Part shown: positions 15,576 through 37,448 of the stretch, in pieces
Layout: each line of letters opens with the position of its first letter
How positions within the stretch are numbered: position 1 is the first letter of the stretch
NCBI RefSeq assembly: GCF_009914755.1
Contig: NC_060934.1
Strand: one strand, 5' to 3'
From: the human T2T-CHM13v2.0 reference genome, Homo sapiens
DNA length: 64,000 bases
Notes under the pieces: generated by a model
What the model was told of the DNA's origin: nothing
The model's database searches: none
What the model saw: only the letters and a program-made list of their open reading frames with translations
Position numbers and translations under genes: made by a program

Positions 15576-17388
15576 CTAGTCATCTAGACAGAATTTTGTT
15601 TTTCTTTTTTTTTTCCTTTTTTTTTTTTCCCAAAAACTCACTGCATGCTAACAGACAGAAAATTAGCAAAGAAACATTAGATTTAAACTGCACATTAGAC
15701 CAAATGGACCTAACAAACATTTATAGAACATTTCATCCCACAGCTAAAGAACACATATTCTTCTCACCAGCAAATGGAAGATTCTCCCAGATAGACCATA
15801 TTTTTGGACACAAATAGAGTCTCAACAAATTTTTAAAAATTAGAATTGTATCAAACCCTCAGACCACAATGAAATAAAACTAGAAATCAACAAAGAGGAA
15901 CTTTGGGAAGTGTACGAATACATGGAAAGTGAACAACATGCTCCTAAATGACCACTAGGTCAAGAAAGAAACTAAGGATGAAATCAAATGTAGCTTTACA
16001 ATAAATAAAAATCAATTCAAAACATACCAAAATCTAGAGAATATTTAATAAAGTAGTGCTAAGATGGAAGTTCATAATTAATACCTATAACCAAAAAGTA
16101 ACAGAATTTCAAATACAGTGTCAAACCATACATCCCATGAAAACAGAATAGAACACGGCAAGCCCAAAATTAACAGAAGGAAAGAAACAATTAAGATCAA
16201 GAAGAAACAAATGCAACAGATACTAACAAAATACAAAGGATCAATGAAATGAAAAACTGTTTTTTGAAGAGATAAACAAAATCAATTAACTGCTTGTTGA
16301 GAATAAACAACAAAAAAGGATACCCAAATAAACAAAATCAGAAACGAAAAAAGAGAAATTACAACTGATACCACAGAAATACAAAAGATCATCAGAGACC
16401 ATTATGAACAACTATACAAAAACAAACTGGAAAACCTTGAAGAAATGGATAAATTCCTGGACACATACAACTACCAAGATTGAATCAGGAAGAAATAGAA
16501 AATCTAAACAAACTAATAACAAGTAATGAGGTAAAATTAGTAGTAAAAAATCTCCCAAAAAAGAAGAGTTCAGGATCAGATGGCCCCACTGCAGAACTCT
16601 ATCAAACTTTGAAACAACTAACACCACTTCTCCTCAAACTAGTCCAAAAAACTGAAGAGGAGGGAATTCTTCCTAATTTATTCTAAGAGGCCAGCATTAT
16701 ATTACCCTAATACCAAAACCAGACAAGAATGCTACAACAACAACAACAACAAAATAAAACTACAGGCCAATATCTCTGATGAACATACATACAAAAATTC
16801 TTATCAAAATAGAAAACCAAATTCAACAGCACATCAAAAACATCAAGATCAAGTGAAAATTTTCCCAGGGATGCAAGGATGGTTCAACATATGTAAATCG
16901 ACAGTCATGAATCATCTTAATAGGCACAGAAGAAGTATTTGATAAAATTCAACATCCCTTCATAATAAAAACTCTCAACATTCTAAGCACAGATGAAAAA
17001 TACCTCAACATAATAAAGGCCACTTGTGACAAACAACAGCTAGCATAATATTGAATGGGGAAAACTGACAACCTTCCCTTTAAGAACTGGAACAAAACAA
17101 AAAAGCCGCCACTCTCTTCACTCCTATCCAACATAATACTGCAAGTCCTAGCCAGAGCAATCAGGCAAAATAAGGAAATAAAGGCATCCAAATTGGGAAA
17201 GAAGAAGTCAATGTGTCCCTCTTTGAGAATAATGTGACTGTGTATCTAGGAAAACCTAAAGATCCCACCAAAAACCTCATAGAACTGATCAATTCAGTAA
17301 AGTTGCAAGATAAAAAAATCAACAAGCAAAAATCAGTAGCATTTCTATATACCAATAATGCAATAGCTGAGAAACATATCAAGAAGGT

Positions 17389-17716
<328 letters not shown>

Positions 17717-18704
17717 TTATAATACCTAAAGAAAAAACATCCATGAATAAATGTACCCCAAAAGGGAAAAGATGCCTACAACGAAAACTACAAAACAGAT
17801 GAATGAAACTGAAGACACAAATAGAAAGACATCCCATGCTCAAAAGAAGAATTAACATCATTAAAATGATCATATTGTCTGAAGCGATACAAAGATTCAA
17901 TGCAATCCTTATCAAAATACCAACATCATTTTTCACAGAAATAGAGAAAACAATCCTAAAATTCCTATGGAAGTAAAAAAGAGCCTAAGGAGCCAAAGCA
18001 ATCCTGAGCAAAAAGAACAAAACTGAAGGAATCACACTACACTACCCGACTTTAAAATATATTACAAGCCTACAGTGGCCAAAATAGGATGGTATTGGTT
18101 AAATTAAAATCATGTACTAACCAGGCTTTAAACCAAAAGTAAAAGTTGCTAACAGTGTAACATGTATTTAAAACCACTGATTTCTTTCACTGTCGCAATT
18201 TCCTCAGTTACAATTTTGCAAACACCGTCTCACAGCCAACAGATTTTTCACTAAGGTTCCAAGAACACACAACACATTATGGAAAAAACAACCATTTTGA
18301 TAATTGGTATGTGAAAAACTGGATATCCACATGAAATGAAACTGGACCCCTATCTCTCACCGTATACAAAATTCAACTCAGGATGGATTAAAAACTTAAA
18401 ACATAAGACCCAAACTATAAAACTACTAGAAGAAAACAAAGGGAGAACACTTTAGGACACAGATTTATGCAAAGATTTTATGGCTAAGACCTGAAACTCC
18501 AGAGGCGATATAAATAATGATAAATGCGACTATATTAAACTGCACAGTTCTGCACGGCAAAGGAAACAATCAACAGAATGAAGAGACAACCTGTTGAATG
18601 GAAGAAAGTATTTGCAAGCTACTCATCGCACAAGTGACTAATAATTCAGAATATATGAGAAACTCAACAGTTTAAAAAAAAATCCCATTAAAAAGTGGGC
18701 AAAA

Positions 18705-19007
18705 GGCCGGGCATGGTGGCTCATGCCTGTAATCCCAGAACTTTAGGAGGCCGAGGTGGGTGGATCATGAGGTCAAGAAATCAAGACCATTCTGGCCAAC
18801 ACGGTGAAACCCCATCTCTACTAAAAATACAAAAATTAGCTGGGCGTGGTGGCATGCACCTGTAATCCCAGCTACTCGGGAGGCTGAAGCAAGAGAACTG
18901 CTTGAACACGGGAGGCAGAGGTTGCAGTGAGCCGAGATCACGCCACTGCCCTCTAGCCTGGTGACAGAGCGAGACTTCGTCTCCAAAAAAAAAAAAAAAA
19001 AAAAAAA
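18705..19007 (+). mobile_element. AluS
   Basis: TSD gtgggcaaaa. Confidence 0.9.
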
Positions 19008-19026
19008 GGTGGGCAAAAAAGTACAT

Positions 19027-19028
<2 letters not shown>

Positions 19029-19068
<40 letters not shown>
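19029..19068. repeat. (AC)20 microsatellite
   Basis: Direct reading. Confidence 0.95.
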
Positions 19069-19071
<3 letters not shown>

Positions 19072-19143
19072 AGCAAAGGACATAAACAGACATTTCTCAA
19101 AAGACAACATACAAACAGCCAACACCGTATATGAAAAAAATGA

Positions 19144-19445
19144 GTCCAGGAGCAGCGGCCCATGCCTGTAATCCAAGCACTTCCAGAGGCCAAGTTAGGG
19201 AGATCACCTGCGCCCAGGAGTTTGAGGCCAGCCTGGGCAACATGGTGAAACCCCGTCTCTACAAAAAATACAAAAAATTAGCCGGATGTGGTGGTGGACA
19301 ACTGTAGTCCCAGCTAATCAGGAGACTGAGGTGGGAGAATCACTTGAGCCTGAGTTGATGAGGCTGAAGTGACCTGTGATCGCACCACTGTACTCCAGCC
19401 TGGGCAACAGAGTGAGATCCTGTCTCAAAAGTGAAAAAGAAAATA
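19144..19445 (+). mobile_element. AluJ-like
   Basis: Alu dimer. Confidence 0.88.
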
Positions 19446-19929
19446 AAATGCTCAACAACATGAATCATCAGGGAAATGTATATATCTTAACCACAACGAG
19501 ATCTTACTCGAGTGAGAAAGGCTACTATTAAAAAGACAAAAAATAACAGATGCTGGTGAGGATGTAGAGAAAAGGGAACTCTCATATACTGTTGACGGGA
19601 ATATAAATTAGTACAGTCATTAGGAAAAACAGTATGGGGACTTCTGAAAACACTAAAAATATAACTACCATATGGTTCATCAATCTCACTACTGGGTATT
19701 TATCCAAGGAAAAGATATCAGCACATCAAAGGGATACCTGCACCCCCATTTTATTGCAGCACTATTCACAATACCCAAGATATGGAATCAACCTGTCTAT
19801 TAACAGATGAATAGGTGAAGAAAATGTAGAATATATACATAATAAAATACCATCAAGATTTTTCTTCATCTACTCAACTATTGGTAGATGAATAAATGGA
19901 GAAATGTGGAATTTATATACAAATTTTGT

Positions 19930-22250
<2,321 letters not shown>

Positions 22251-23084
22251 TGCATGAGTAGAGAATTTATATAAAAAAGTTAAAAAGTGGGAATCAGCAT
22301 GACTTAAAAAAAACCCATGCCACTCCCTTCTCCCAAAGGCAATGATGATATATATACAGAGAGATTATACTATACATTCTAAATCTCACGTGCCTTTTAT
22401 GTTAAAGGGTAGAAGAATGAGACAATAATCTCGAACAGAGGCTATATCCTAACACACTGTGGGCCGAAGATTACTGAACTTATACCCCATTATCACAGCA
22501 CAAATTAGTCCCTGAACAGTATTTCCTAAGAGATAAAAAAGAACAGCCTTGTTAGTTCTCTGACATATTCACCTCCACCTCTCCTTTTTTATTTTTTGCT
22601 TTAAAAAGGCAAATATAGGAGTAAAAGTAGGGGTGAGAAAGCAGCTATAGAAACGCTGCCAACTTGAGATTAAAGACATGTGGTGTGCACACAACAAATC
22701 AGATGATATACAACGGGCAATGTAGCGAATTTGGTTGAAAGAGAAAGCATTAACAGAATAGTATTCCCTAAATGAAACTGTGGTAAATCTTGGGTCCCAG
22801 AAAAGTTTAGGATATGGAATCTTATTTACAAGCTCAGAAACATTCGTTTCCAGGGAAATGTTAGAAAGAATATTTCTATTTTGTAGAGAAGAGAAACTAA
22901 TAATACAATAGGCACAGAGCATTAGGTATGTCTTGTGATATACTTCCTTAGATTCAGCAAAAAAAAAAAGTATAAAATTTAAAAAAGGAAAGTAACAACT
23001 GGTATACAAACTACATCTCAGTTTCATAGAAATTTTCATTTTTTATACCTTCATATCACAGCCACGTTCAAGAAGAACTGGTTT

Positions 23085-23993
<909 letters not shown>

Positions 23994-24149
23994 TGATCTT
24001 TTAACCAATGTTTCATCACCATAAGAGAGTGAAAGTTACAAATAATTAAAGTTCATAAATAATTATTCAGCAATTTAGTCTCTTAATGTGTAACTTTGGA
24101 ATATCAAAATGCTATTTTGAAAATAACCTAATTGTTCTTTTTAAAATTT

Positions 24150-26560
24150 TTAACCTTTTGTTACAGAGACAGTAACAGCAGATTTCCAGGTACTCATCAT
24201 CCAGCTTCAACAATTCTCAACTCATGGCAAACCTTGTGTTAACTGAAAGAAGTATTAATTCTCTAAAACTATCCATTATTTAACAGGCAGTATTCAAGTT
24301 TCCCAGGTTGGGTTGTTTGTTTTTCTTGTTTTTACAGTTTGTTCAAGTTAAGATCTAAATAAGGTCCACATATTGCAACTGTTTGATATGACTTTTTTTT
24401 TCTTGCTTCCCCAGGTCACCCAACCATATATGACTCTTAAATCTATTATTTATAGGTTCCTCTTGCTTTTTCCCCTTGGTTAAAGAAATAAAGTCATTTC
24501 TCCCATACAGCCTTCAATTACCTGTATTTTACTATTCTGTGGCATTTTAAAATATGTTTCTCCATTCTTGTATTTCCAGTAATTGTTTAACTGGAGTATT
24601 AATCAAATTCAAGGTTGATAATTAGAAAAGACTACCTCATACATAATACGGTATTCTTCATCAAGAGGCACATATGTGTTGTCTGATTATATTTTTATGT
24701 AACAGCAGCCAATGATAATTGTCTAAATCTAGTAATTCACTGAGATTTGCAAATAATGATATTCTAACTATAATTGCTTCATCATTTACTATCTGAAAAA
24801 AAAAATTTTTTTTTTTTTTGAGACAGACTCTCACTCTGTCACCCAAGCTGGAGGGCAGTGGCGCAATCTCGGCTCACTGCAACCTCCACCTCCCAGGTTC
24901 GAGCGATTCTCATGCCTCAGCCACCTGAGTAACCTGGGATTACAGGCGTGTGCCATCACATCCAGCTAATTTTTGTATTTTTAGTAGAGACAGGGTTTCA
25001 CCATGTTGGCCAGGCTGGTCTCGAACTCCTAGCCTCAAGTGTGATTCACATGCTTTGGCCTCCCAAAGTGCTGGCATTACACGTGGGAGCCACCGCTCCT
25101 GGCCACTGGAATATATTTTAAGTGAGAATTCCCTCATCAAACCTTTGGCTTCTTGGAGGTTGTTTCTAAAAAGAAGAATAAATCCTTGATTTTTATGAGT
25201 TTTGAAATCGGTTGGTATCCTGACTTCCCTGAACAGTAAACAATAGATGTTTTTTAGGGAAAGCATCATAAACTTTCCGGATTTAAATAAATGTGATACG
25301 TATCAAATCACTGCAGTTGTTATTCTTACTGATGTCAAATTTTCCATCCTTGGTCAGTGAGACAATCTTCAAGGTAGCTCCTAAGTCTTTTAGATACAAC
25401 CTTAGTAATCTCTTAATAGCTTCTTTGATTCTGGTATTACAAAATATCCCAGGATCATCTTGTCCATTTCCTGCCCCAGACCTGAAATCAACCATATATC
25501 CAAGGAACCCTGGTACTTTTCTGCGGGAAACAGTGTTCAGAAACAACAATCAGAGTGCTAGGGGTGCTCATTACTCCTGATTTGGTCACCTTTTCTAGGC
25601 CTTTTTACAGTGGTCAGAATTAGTATACTGACACTTTCAAATAAAATTCTACACTGTTTTTCAACCTCCTTGATCTTTTATTTCTCTTATACTGAAAATC
25701 TTGTTATGCAACAACATAAACTCATTTACTTTGTCACACAATATATATACAACAGTCTAGAAATAATAATACTAACACTATGATTAAATGGTTTTTATTC
25801 CATTCTTTTTGTACAAAGGTATAACCCCCAGGCATATATAATTAAATCACTATGTTAAAAACTCTTAAAATAGTTTCTTCCTATGGTTATGCCACTTAGG
25901 CTTCTGTTTCATTTTGCTTTTCCTTTTAGGATTTTTTTTTTTAATGACAAAAACTTCTTTTGGGATTATGTAAAATATTGACATACTTGATTCAAAGTCA
26001 CATCTAGAAAACAAGGTATATTCGGAGAATTCTAGCTAGTCCTTCTATACCTGTTCCCTATAATAAATTAGTTTTGGGTTAATTCCATTTTTTAAAAAAA
26101 AATAAAAGTAGAAACATAGATATACACATGAACACATACTCAAATATATTTACTTAAATAAAAAGCCTACTTTACTCACTGTTCTGTATCTTATTATTTT
26201 ACTTAACAAAATGTACAGTAGCAATCACAGCTTAAAAGGTATTGTTTTTGATTTTTATACCTACATAATATCCCACTTGGGGCATGAACCATTTTATTCA
26301 ATCAGAACCCTAACAGATGGATATTTGGGTTGTTTCAATCTTTTGCTACTCTAAATAATGCTGCAATGAATATATCCTTGTGCATATGTCATTTTGTATT
26401 TTTGCCATTCTATCTTTAAGGCATACTCCTAAGGTAGGATTTCCTAGATCAAAGATGATGTTGACAAAACCCCATTATAGGAGGTTATACCACTCTGCAT
26501 TCCAATAAACAACATGTGAGTGTGTCCATTCCTCTCCTCTAGAGTCTCACCAATTGGGTG
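24150..26560 (-). mobile_element. L1MC4/5-like 3'UTR, with an AluS at 24806-25103
   Basis: catcatccagcttcaacaattctcaactcatggcaaaccttg; catttcctgccccagacctgaaatcaacc; gatggatatttgggttgtttcaatc. Confidence 0.7.
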
Positions 26561-26619
26561 TGTTGTCCATTGAGGGAAGAGAAGCCAAGTGAGGGACTAC
26601 CTTATAGGTGAACATTGTT

Positions 26620-27850
<1,231 letters not shown>

Positions 27851-27854
27851 ATCT

Positions 27855-28007
27855 CCTATATTCTGAATGTTTGTGTCCCCCACTAAAATTCGTATGTGGA
27901 AACCTAGTCATCATTGGGATGGTATGAAGAAGTGGGGCGTTCAGGAGTTGACTAACACATGAAAGCAGAGCCTTCATGTATAGAATTAATACCCTAATAA
28001 AAGAGGA

Positions 28008-28008
<1 letters not shown>
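27855..28008 (+). mobile_element. MaLR LTR (MLT1A/MST-like) 5' part
   Basis: ctgaatgtttgtgtcccccactaaaattcgtatgtggaaaccta...ccctaataaaagagg. Confidence 0.75.
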
Positions 28009-28404
<396 letters not shown>

Positions 28405-29814
28405 TCATCAGAGAAATAAAAAATTAAAACCATAATTTACATATAAAATGAGAAAGTAAGTACATTTACGAAGAATACTTGTAACATTTCGTTAAAATAA
28501 ACTTTCCACTTTCCCTTTTCTTTTTAAAAATTGTTAGTCCTTTGTGTTGAGTGAATAAATGAAATTGTGACTGTGTAAATGAGCAGAAGCTTAATACCTG
28601 ATGATATGTAACACTCATCTGAACAGGATGTTTTTAGGAATATCATAATGCCTTATCCCCATTCCCAAAAGCTGTGCAGTCAAGTAGCTGTTTTCTTCAT
28701 GCCACTTTGGGATAGAAAAATGTGATAATAAACCAACATTTCTGCACTTTAATTCCCTATCATGTTGCACTAAAGTATAAAATAGCCTCCAGAGCCCCAG
28801 CTTTAAGCTAGGAAGAGTCCCTGTAACTACAACCATATAATAAACATACTAGAAATTAGACTTCTGTTAGATTCTCACCACTCGATTTACTTTTTAGCAG
28901 TTTAATGGGTATATTTTTAAATCTTCCTTTTTGTGTGTGGAATAACATGTTAAAAACCTCAAAAAAGATGTCAAATCATGCCCCTTATTTTAAAATTTAG
29001 CATTCCAGGGTACTAGAATAAAATCTAAACTCTTTATGCTAGTTAAGTCCCTGAAGATCTGGTTTCTGCAGACTCCTCTGACCTTGCTAACAACCACTTG
29101 TCCCTTACTCTACGGATCAGTATGGTAATCTTCTTCCTATTCCTAAAACATACCAAGCTCATTTTTCCATCACGGTAGAAGGAAAGCATGATTGAAATAA
29201 TGTTTGAAACCAAAAGAAAGTTAAGGAAAAACTGAGACGGACAGACCACTCTCTGGATCTCTGCTTTTATTTTCTTAAGAGAAAGAGGTTAGTGTCAGCA
29301 AGCTGGAAATTTAAGTGTCACCAGGAAAGCCAAGGGATGCCCAAAGCTAGTATAAGTCATCCTACCACTCAAATGTACATTACTTATCCAAACTGTGTAA
29401 CTTTTTAAAACTTCAGAAACAAACTTCCAAAGTACATTCCAGATAAGTACCAATTTAGTAAGACTGACAATGAATAAAGAGTACTTATAATATTTCTAAA
29501 ATCTAATAAAGGTGGTACTTAAAATCACTTAAGGTCTTCACATCAGATGATCAAGTTACATAGGTAATACCATATAAGAGCTTGTGAAATGACATATTCA
29601 ATGTTCTTTGGAATTAGAACCAGAGACATTGAACACAATGTCTTTGAGCCTTAGTTTTCAAGTTAGTCAAAATTAATAGTATTTCAGAGGGCTGTTTTAA
29701 GGATTAAGCATGACAACAAAAGGACTTAACAAAGTAACCAACAGACCTTAAGTGCGAACGCTGTTTAAGCATTGGTTTTCCTTTCTTTTTTCCAACTTAA
29801 AAGAATGATGTACA

Positions 29815-30403
<589 letters not shown>

Positions 30404-30569
30404 TTAGAGAAACAGCAAATTTGATTTTAGGAAGAACCAACAGATAAATTGGCCAGTCTCATTTCAAAACAAACGAGACCAAAAAAAGCAGAGAGAGAAA
30501 AGATATACGACACACTAATATTTTTAATCTTGGCTTTTTATATTCCAGTAGTGGAACCACATGCTAATT

Positions 30570-30703
30570 TTTTTTTCTTTTTAAACAGATAGGGCCTTGC
30601 TATGTTGCCCAGGCAGGCCTTAAACTCCTGAACTCCGGGGGATCCTTGTGCCTCAGCCTCCTGAGTAGCTGAATAACTATAGCTACGTGCTAGCATACCC
30701 AGT
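30570..30703 (-). mobile_element. FLAM-like Alu monomer
   Basis: T-tail and single antisense monomer. Confidence 0.75.
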
Positions 30704-31299
30704 AAGTATTAAGATATATTTGAGATTTTAACATGAAGAAGTAAAAATTATCTCTTAATATGAAAAAAGAAGAAAAATGAAATTTATGATTGGAATATAG
30801 TAACACGTCTGTATAATTTATCTTTTCAAAAACAGATCTGAACAAGAAAGGTTACTGAGTAGCAGAGATGTAAAACATCTAAAATCCATAAAGCCAAGGG
30901 TGACAACATAGTAATTAGGGAAGGAGGATAAAGAGAAGCAATTATTAACTTATAAATATGTAACAAAAATTGGTCATATAAAGAATGTTTTAACATTAAA
31001 TTTTAAAATGAAACAAAAGCAGTACATGGGGTGAAAAGAAATAGCAACTACCTTAACACTTGTTCTAAGTCCATTTTCTGAAGAAATTCAATCCAAAAAG
31101 TAGGAGTCTTTGCTATTTACCAGCTGCAATGTTTAAGGATCAACATGATACAATTAGTTCTTGCTCCCAAGGATAACTACAATTATATTTCAAACAGAGT
31201 GCAAGGATAAATATGTGAATAGCAATCCTTATAAAAATACTACCATCATATAACTTTTTAAATTTAAGAAGTTTATACAACACATGTATGTACATTCTC

Positions 31300-31790
<491 letters not shown>

Positions 31791-33239
31791 TAAAAGGAAA
31801 CAGTACTTGACAATATGGATGGGAGACAAAAAAGCAAAAGATGTATTTTTTAATTCTATAGATGTCAATAATTCTAATAAGAAAATGCAGCAGACATTTC
31901 CTGTGAAAGTAGTAACTCTAGTAGTAAAAAGTAATATCAATATTTGATTTCTCAGGGCCTGACATACATTAGGAACTTACTGTCAGTGGACTGAATAAAT
32001 GAAGGGGATGAGTAAAACAATGAGGCTACATAGTTTCTGGTGTCCAATTTTTAAAGGACATATATATAACAGGAGAGAAACAAATATGCATATATACAGA
32101 TTAATATCATCAATCTTATAAGAACGTTATCAGAACAAACTACATTTTATAAGTAATACAAAGGAAAACCAAACAAGCCCATTGCCTGCATAAATTCAGG
32201 AGGCTAAACTAAGAAGAAACAAGAATATTACATGGGAAAGATGGTGTAATATTAACAGATGCAGACAAAATAAACAACTACTCACACCTCCTGCTTTGTA
32301 TCCATCTTCTCCACTAAGGAGAATTGAATAAAAAACTGGAAAAGGTAGAAGAAACATAGTTAAAAAGTAAATGAAGAGCAAATAAGAAGACAGAGAATAT
32401 CTAGTCACTTTTAAATTTAGTTTTTTTCTGTGGAGCTTAACTAATCACAGGTCGGAATTAGGCATGTATGCATCTCCAATGTGTGGAAAACAATACTGGA
32501 AGAGAACAGTTTCTAATAAGCAATTTTGGACATGAAGAAAAACGTTTCCTAGAAAATATGTATCAAACAATCACAGAAGTTTCAAGTGTAAAAGTTTAAT
32601 AATCCATCAATATGTGTCCATATCAAAGTCCAGAAGTTTTTATTTGTAAGATGGTTTAAAGGCATAAAAAAAGAAAAAAGGCTACACCAAGAGGTAATTT
32701 TATTTCCCTACAAGTGATGTTAAATTTTTATTATCAATAAATTTCTTCTTTTTAGGTAGGCTAGTATAACTAATCCAACACTAGATTTTTTTTTAAGCAA
32801 AATAGTATGGGAAAATATCCTGAAAATATTCTTAGGAATAAAATAAAAAAATAAAAACTCAATAATACAGCACAAGCAGGTACTGATAGCTGGAATAAAC
32901 AACCATAACTTATAATATTAACCAAGAACTAAAGTAAAATTGATAAAATGTCTTCAAATATATTCCACAGGGCTCTATCATTACACTTCAGTCAAGACAC
33001 TTACAAAAGTCAAATTGTGAAATGAATGTAGGACTCAAAGAATAATAATTAACATGCTGGATGATGAGGATTGTAAGGTTTCAACAGATTGAAAAGATGG
33101 GTAAAATAAACTAATTTTAAAATAACAGCAAAACCAGTGGTAGCTAACTTAGTGGAAAAAAAAAGAAGCTTAATCTAAAGCCAAATATTAGGGAAAGCTG
33201 ATTAATATGCTAAATTACCAAAGATAAGCTATGCCCCAA

Positions 33240-35200
<1,961 letters not shown>

Positions 35201-35428
35201 ATACTAAGTAGCTAACCAAAAATTGTGTTGACATTTTAGAAATAAAACTTTTAAATGTTTACTTTAATGTTCTCTCTTAAGTCTCATGCAGGTTAATTTC
35301 TCAAATTACTAATGTTTAATAAGTACTACCATTTCAAAAGCACAGTCATTACAAACCACTCGTAATTGACATCTTACTACATACATAAAACAACTTCCAT
35401 ACACAGAAAATTCTGGGAGGGATGGAAC

Positions 35429-36110
35429 TGGCAACCAAAATGAGTGACTGAGGCCACAGTCTCAACCAATCAAGGTTTATTAAGCCAGCTTTAGGGCCCA
35501 TCCAGGAAAAACCAACACATATGTAACTGTTTTTCCAAAGAGATTTTCAGGAGGTTTCCTATTTATGTGTTTCCTTAAAGCGGGGCAGGCATGTAGGAAG
35601 AGGGACAGGTAGGCAGTAACGTGAATGGTTAAATTCCTGTGAGATTTTAATTGGTATCTAGTAAAAACTATATTTTACATAATATTAGGTGAATGAAGGA
35701 AAAACAGAGTAAAGGAAAAATCAATTCTGCAGACATCTCTGGGTCAGTGGAAGAATGACTATTCTTGTCTCTGTTCTGCATCTGAGAAGGTAAGATTGTA
35801 AATGACATTATCAGTGTGGCACAGAACAGACCTTAGTTTTAGGAGCTTCACTTAGATTGTACACCTAAAGTTACAATTGGCATGTATCTGTTTGTGGGAG
35901 ACCAGCGAAGCATTTGCTTTTCAGTGATCTGTAGGGGAAGTCTTTCATAGATGCCTGAGGTCTTTTACTTTTACATGAGGATCTGGTTAAGGCATAATGT
36001 TAGTAACAGCTACTCACTTGAAAGAGTGTGTTGCATGACTCAGACTCCAGGATTAACTTTCCTTTTGCATAAGGAGTCTGGGGGTCCTGGGATTTTTAAT
36101 TTCCTTTACA
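35429..36110 (-). mobile_element. ERV1 (MER4-group, MER72-like) solo LTR
   Basis: TG...CA ends (minus TGTAAAGGAAATTAAAAATCCCAGGACCCCC ... GGTTGCCA); flanks gaac/gaat; AATAAA at 35476-35481 on the minus strand. Confidence 0.8.
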
Positions 36111-37129
36111 GAATCAAGTCTAGGCTGCTCAGCCACACAGTACCTGGCACAGAGGAAGTAATAAATATATATTTGAATAAATGAAAAGATCATATAAGGA
36201 AGTGTCTTCTCTAGATGTATTAAAAGATCTCACTGCCCCTTCCTAAATGCCAGGAAGCACTGTCGAATATCTATCACAGAAAACTAACGACAAGCAGACC
36301 CTAGGTATTCCTACTTTAAAATATTGTAACCATTTATAAATGACCCCACAATACATACAGTGACATATAACATATTATTTCACCAAGGCACAAATTTAAT
36401 CACATATATTGCATGGCTTTTGTGTACAGGAAATAGTTGGTGAACTATTCATCCACAGTTCAAAACATCTATGGATTTCTCCTAAATCTCATCTTTTTGT
36501 GATCTCTACTTAGTCTAACATGATCTACTATTTCTAAAGTTAACAAAATGTAACAGAAAAGGTTACTGTTAATACTGTGAAGGAAATGAAGAGTGAGTGA
36601 GGTGAAAGAAAGTGATAATATCTATAAATGTCAGGACCACTGCTAATACCAAGCTGTCATATGAAGAACTGGAAAAACCTTCCATAAGAATCCAGAGACA
36701 TAATTATTAATGACAGAGCCAGGACCAGAAATCAGTCCTAACTTCTAAGCAAATAAACTTTCCAGCATACCTTATTACCCTTTCCTTGAGTTAGCATCTT
36801 CTTTTTAAAGACAAAAAATATACTGAGCCCAAACCAGTAATTTTATGTATGTTTTTATTATATATTTTATTATAATACTCTATTTTGGTTTTCATAATAC
36901 CCCACACTACACTAACTGTTCCAAATTACTTCTTTCTAGGCCCAAGAGAACTCCAGAGCTCTAATGGAGAAAAGTAGATAAGAGCCGTATCTTCCAACAG
37001 CAAACAATCCTAAGCATTTTCAGGTCTTAAGCACTAATCAACTTTCAGTCAACATTAAAACTACTTTTCACTGTTGAAACCATGGAGAAAGACAAGTAAA
37101 TCTTGTTACTAATCAGTCTATGTCCCATT

Positions 37130-37240
37130 TAATGAAGAAGTTTTGGACTTTTGGTCCTCAGAGCAATGAAAGAATAAACTTCTGTTGTTTCCATCCACCA
37201 AATTTGTTGTGATGTTATGGCAGCCCTAGGAATCTAATAT
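37130..37240 (+). mobile_element. MLT1 LTR 3' fragment
   Basis: ttggacttttggtcctcagagcaatgaaagaataaacttctgttg...ggcagccctaggaatctaata. Confidence 0.7.
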
Positions 37241-37448
37241 ATTAAGTTTCACAGATATTATACTGAGTGTAAAAAGCCACTGAATGATTCCAGTTATATT
37301 AAGTTCAACAACAGGAAAATCTCATCTTTGGTGATAGAACTGAGATCAGTGGAACAGAGGGGCGGTATAGACTGGGTAGAGGTACCAGGTTAACTACAGT
37401 GAGTGAGAAACATGGTAGTTACATGAGTAGATACAAATGTGTCACTGA

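Noticed and set aside
22569-23039. 156-aa minus-strand ORF in non-Alu sequence
   Set aside because: F/L/I/S-rich composition typical of AT-rich noncoding DNA, no recognisable domain and no convincing exon structure.
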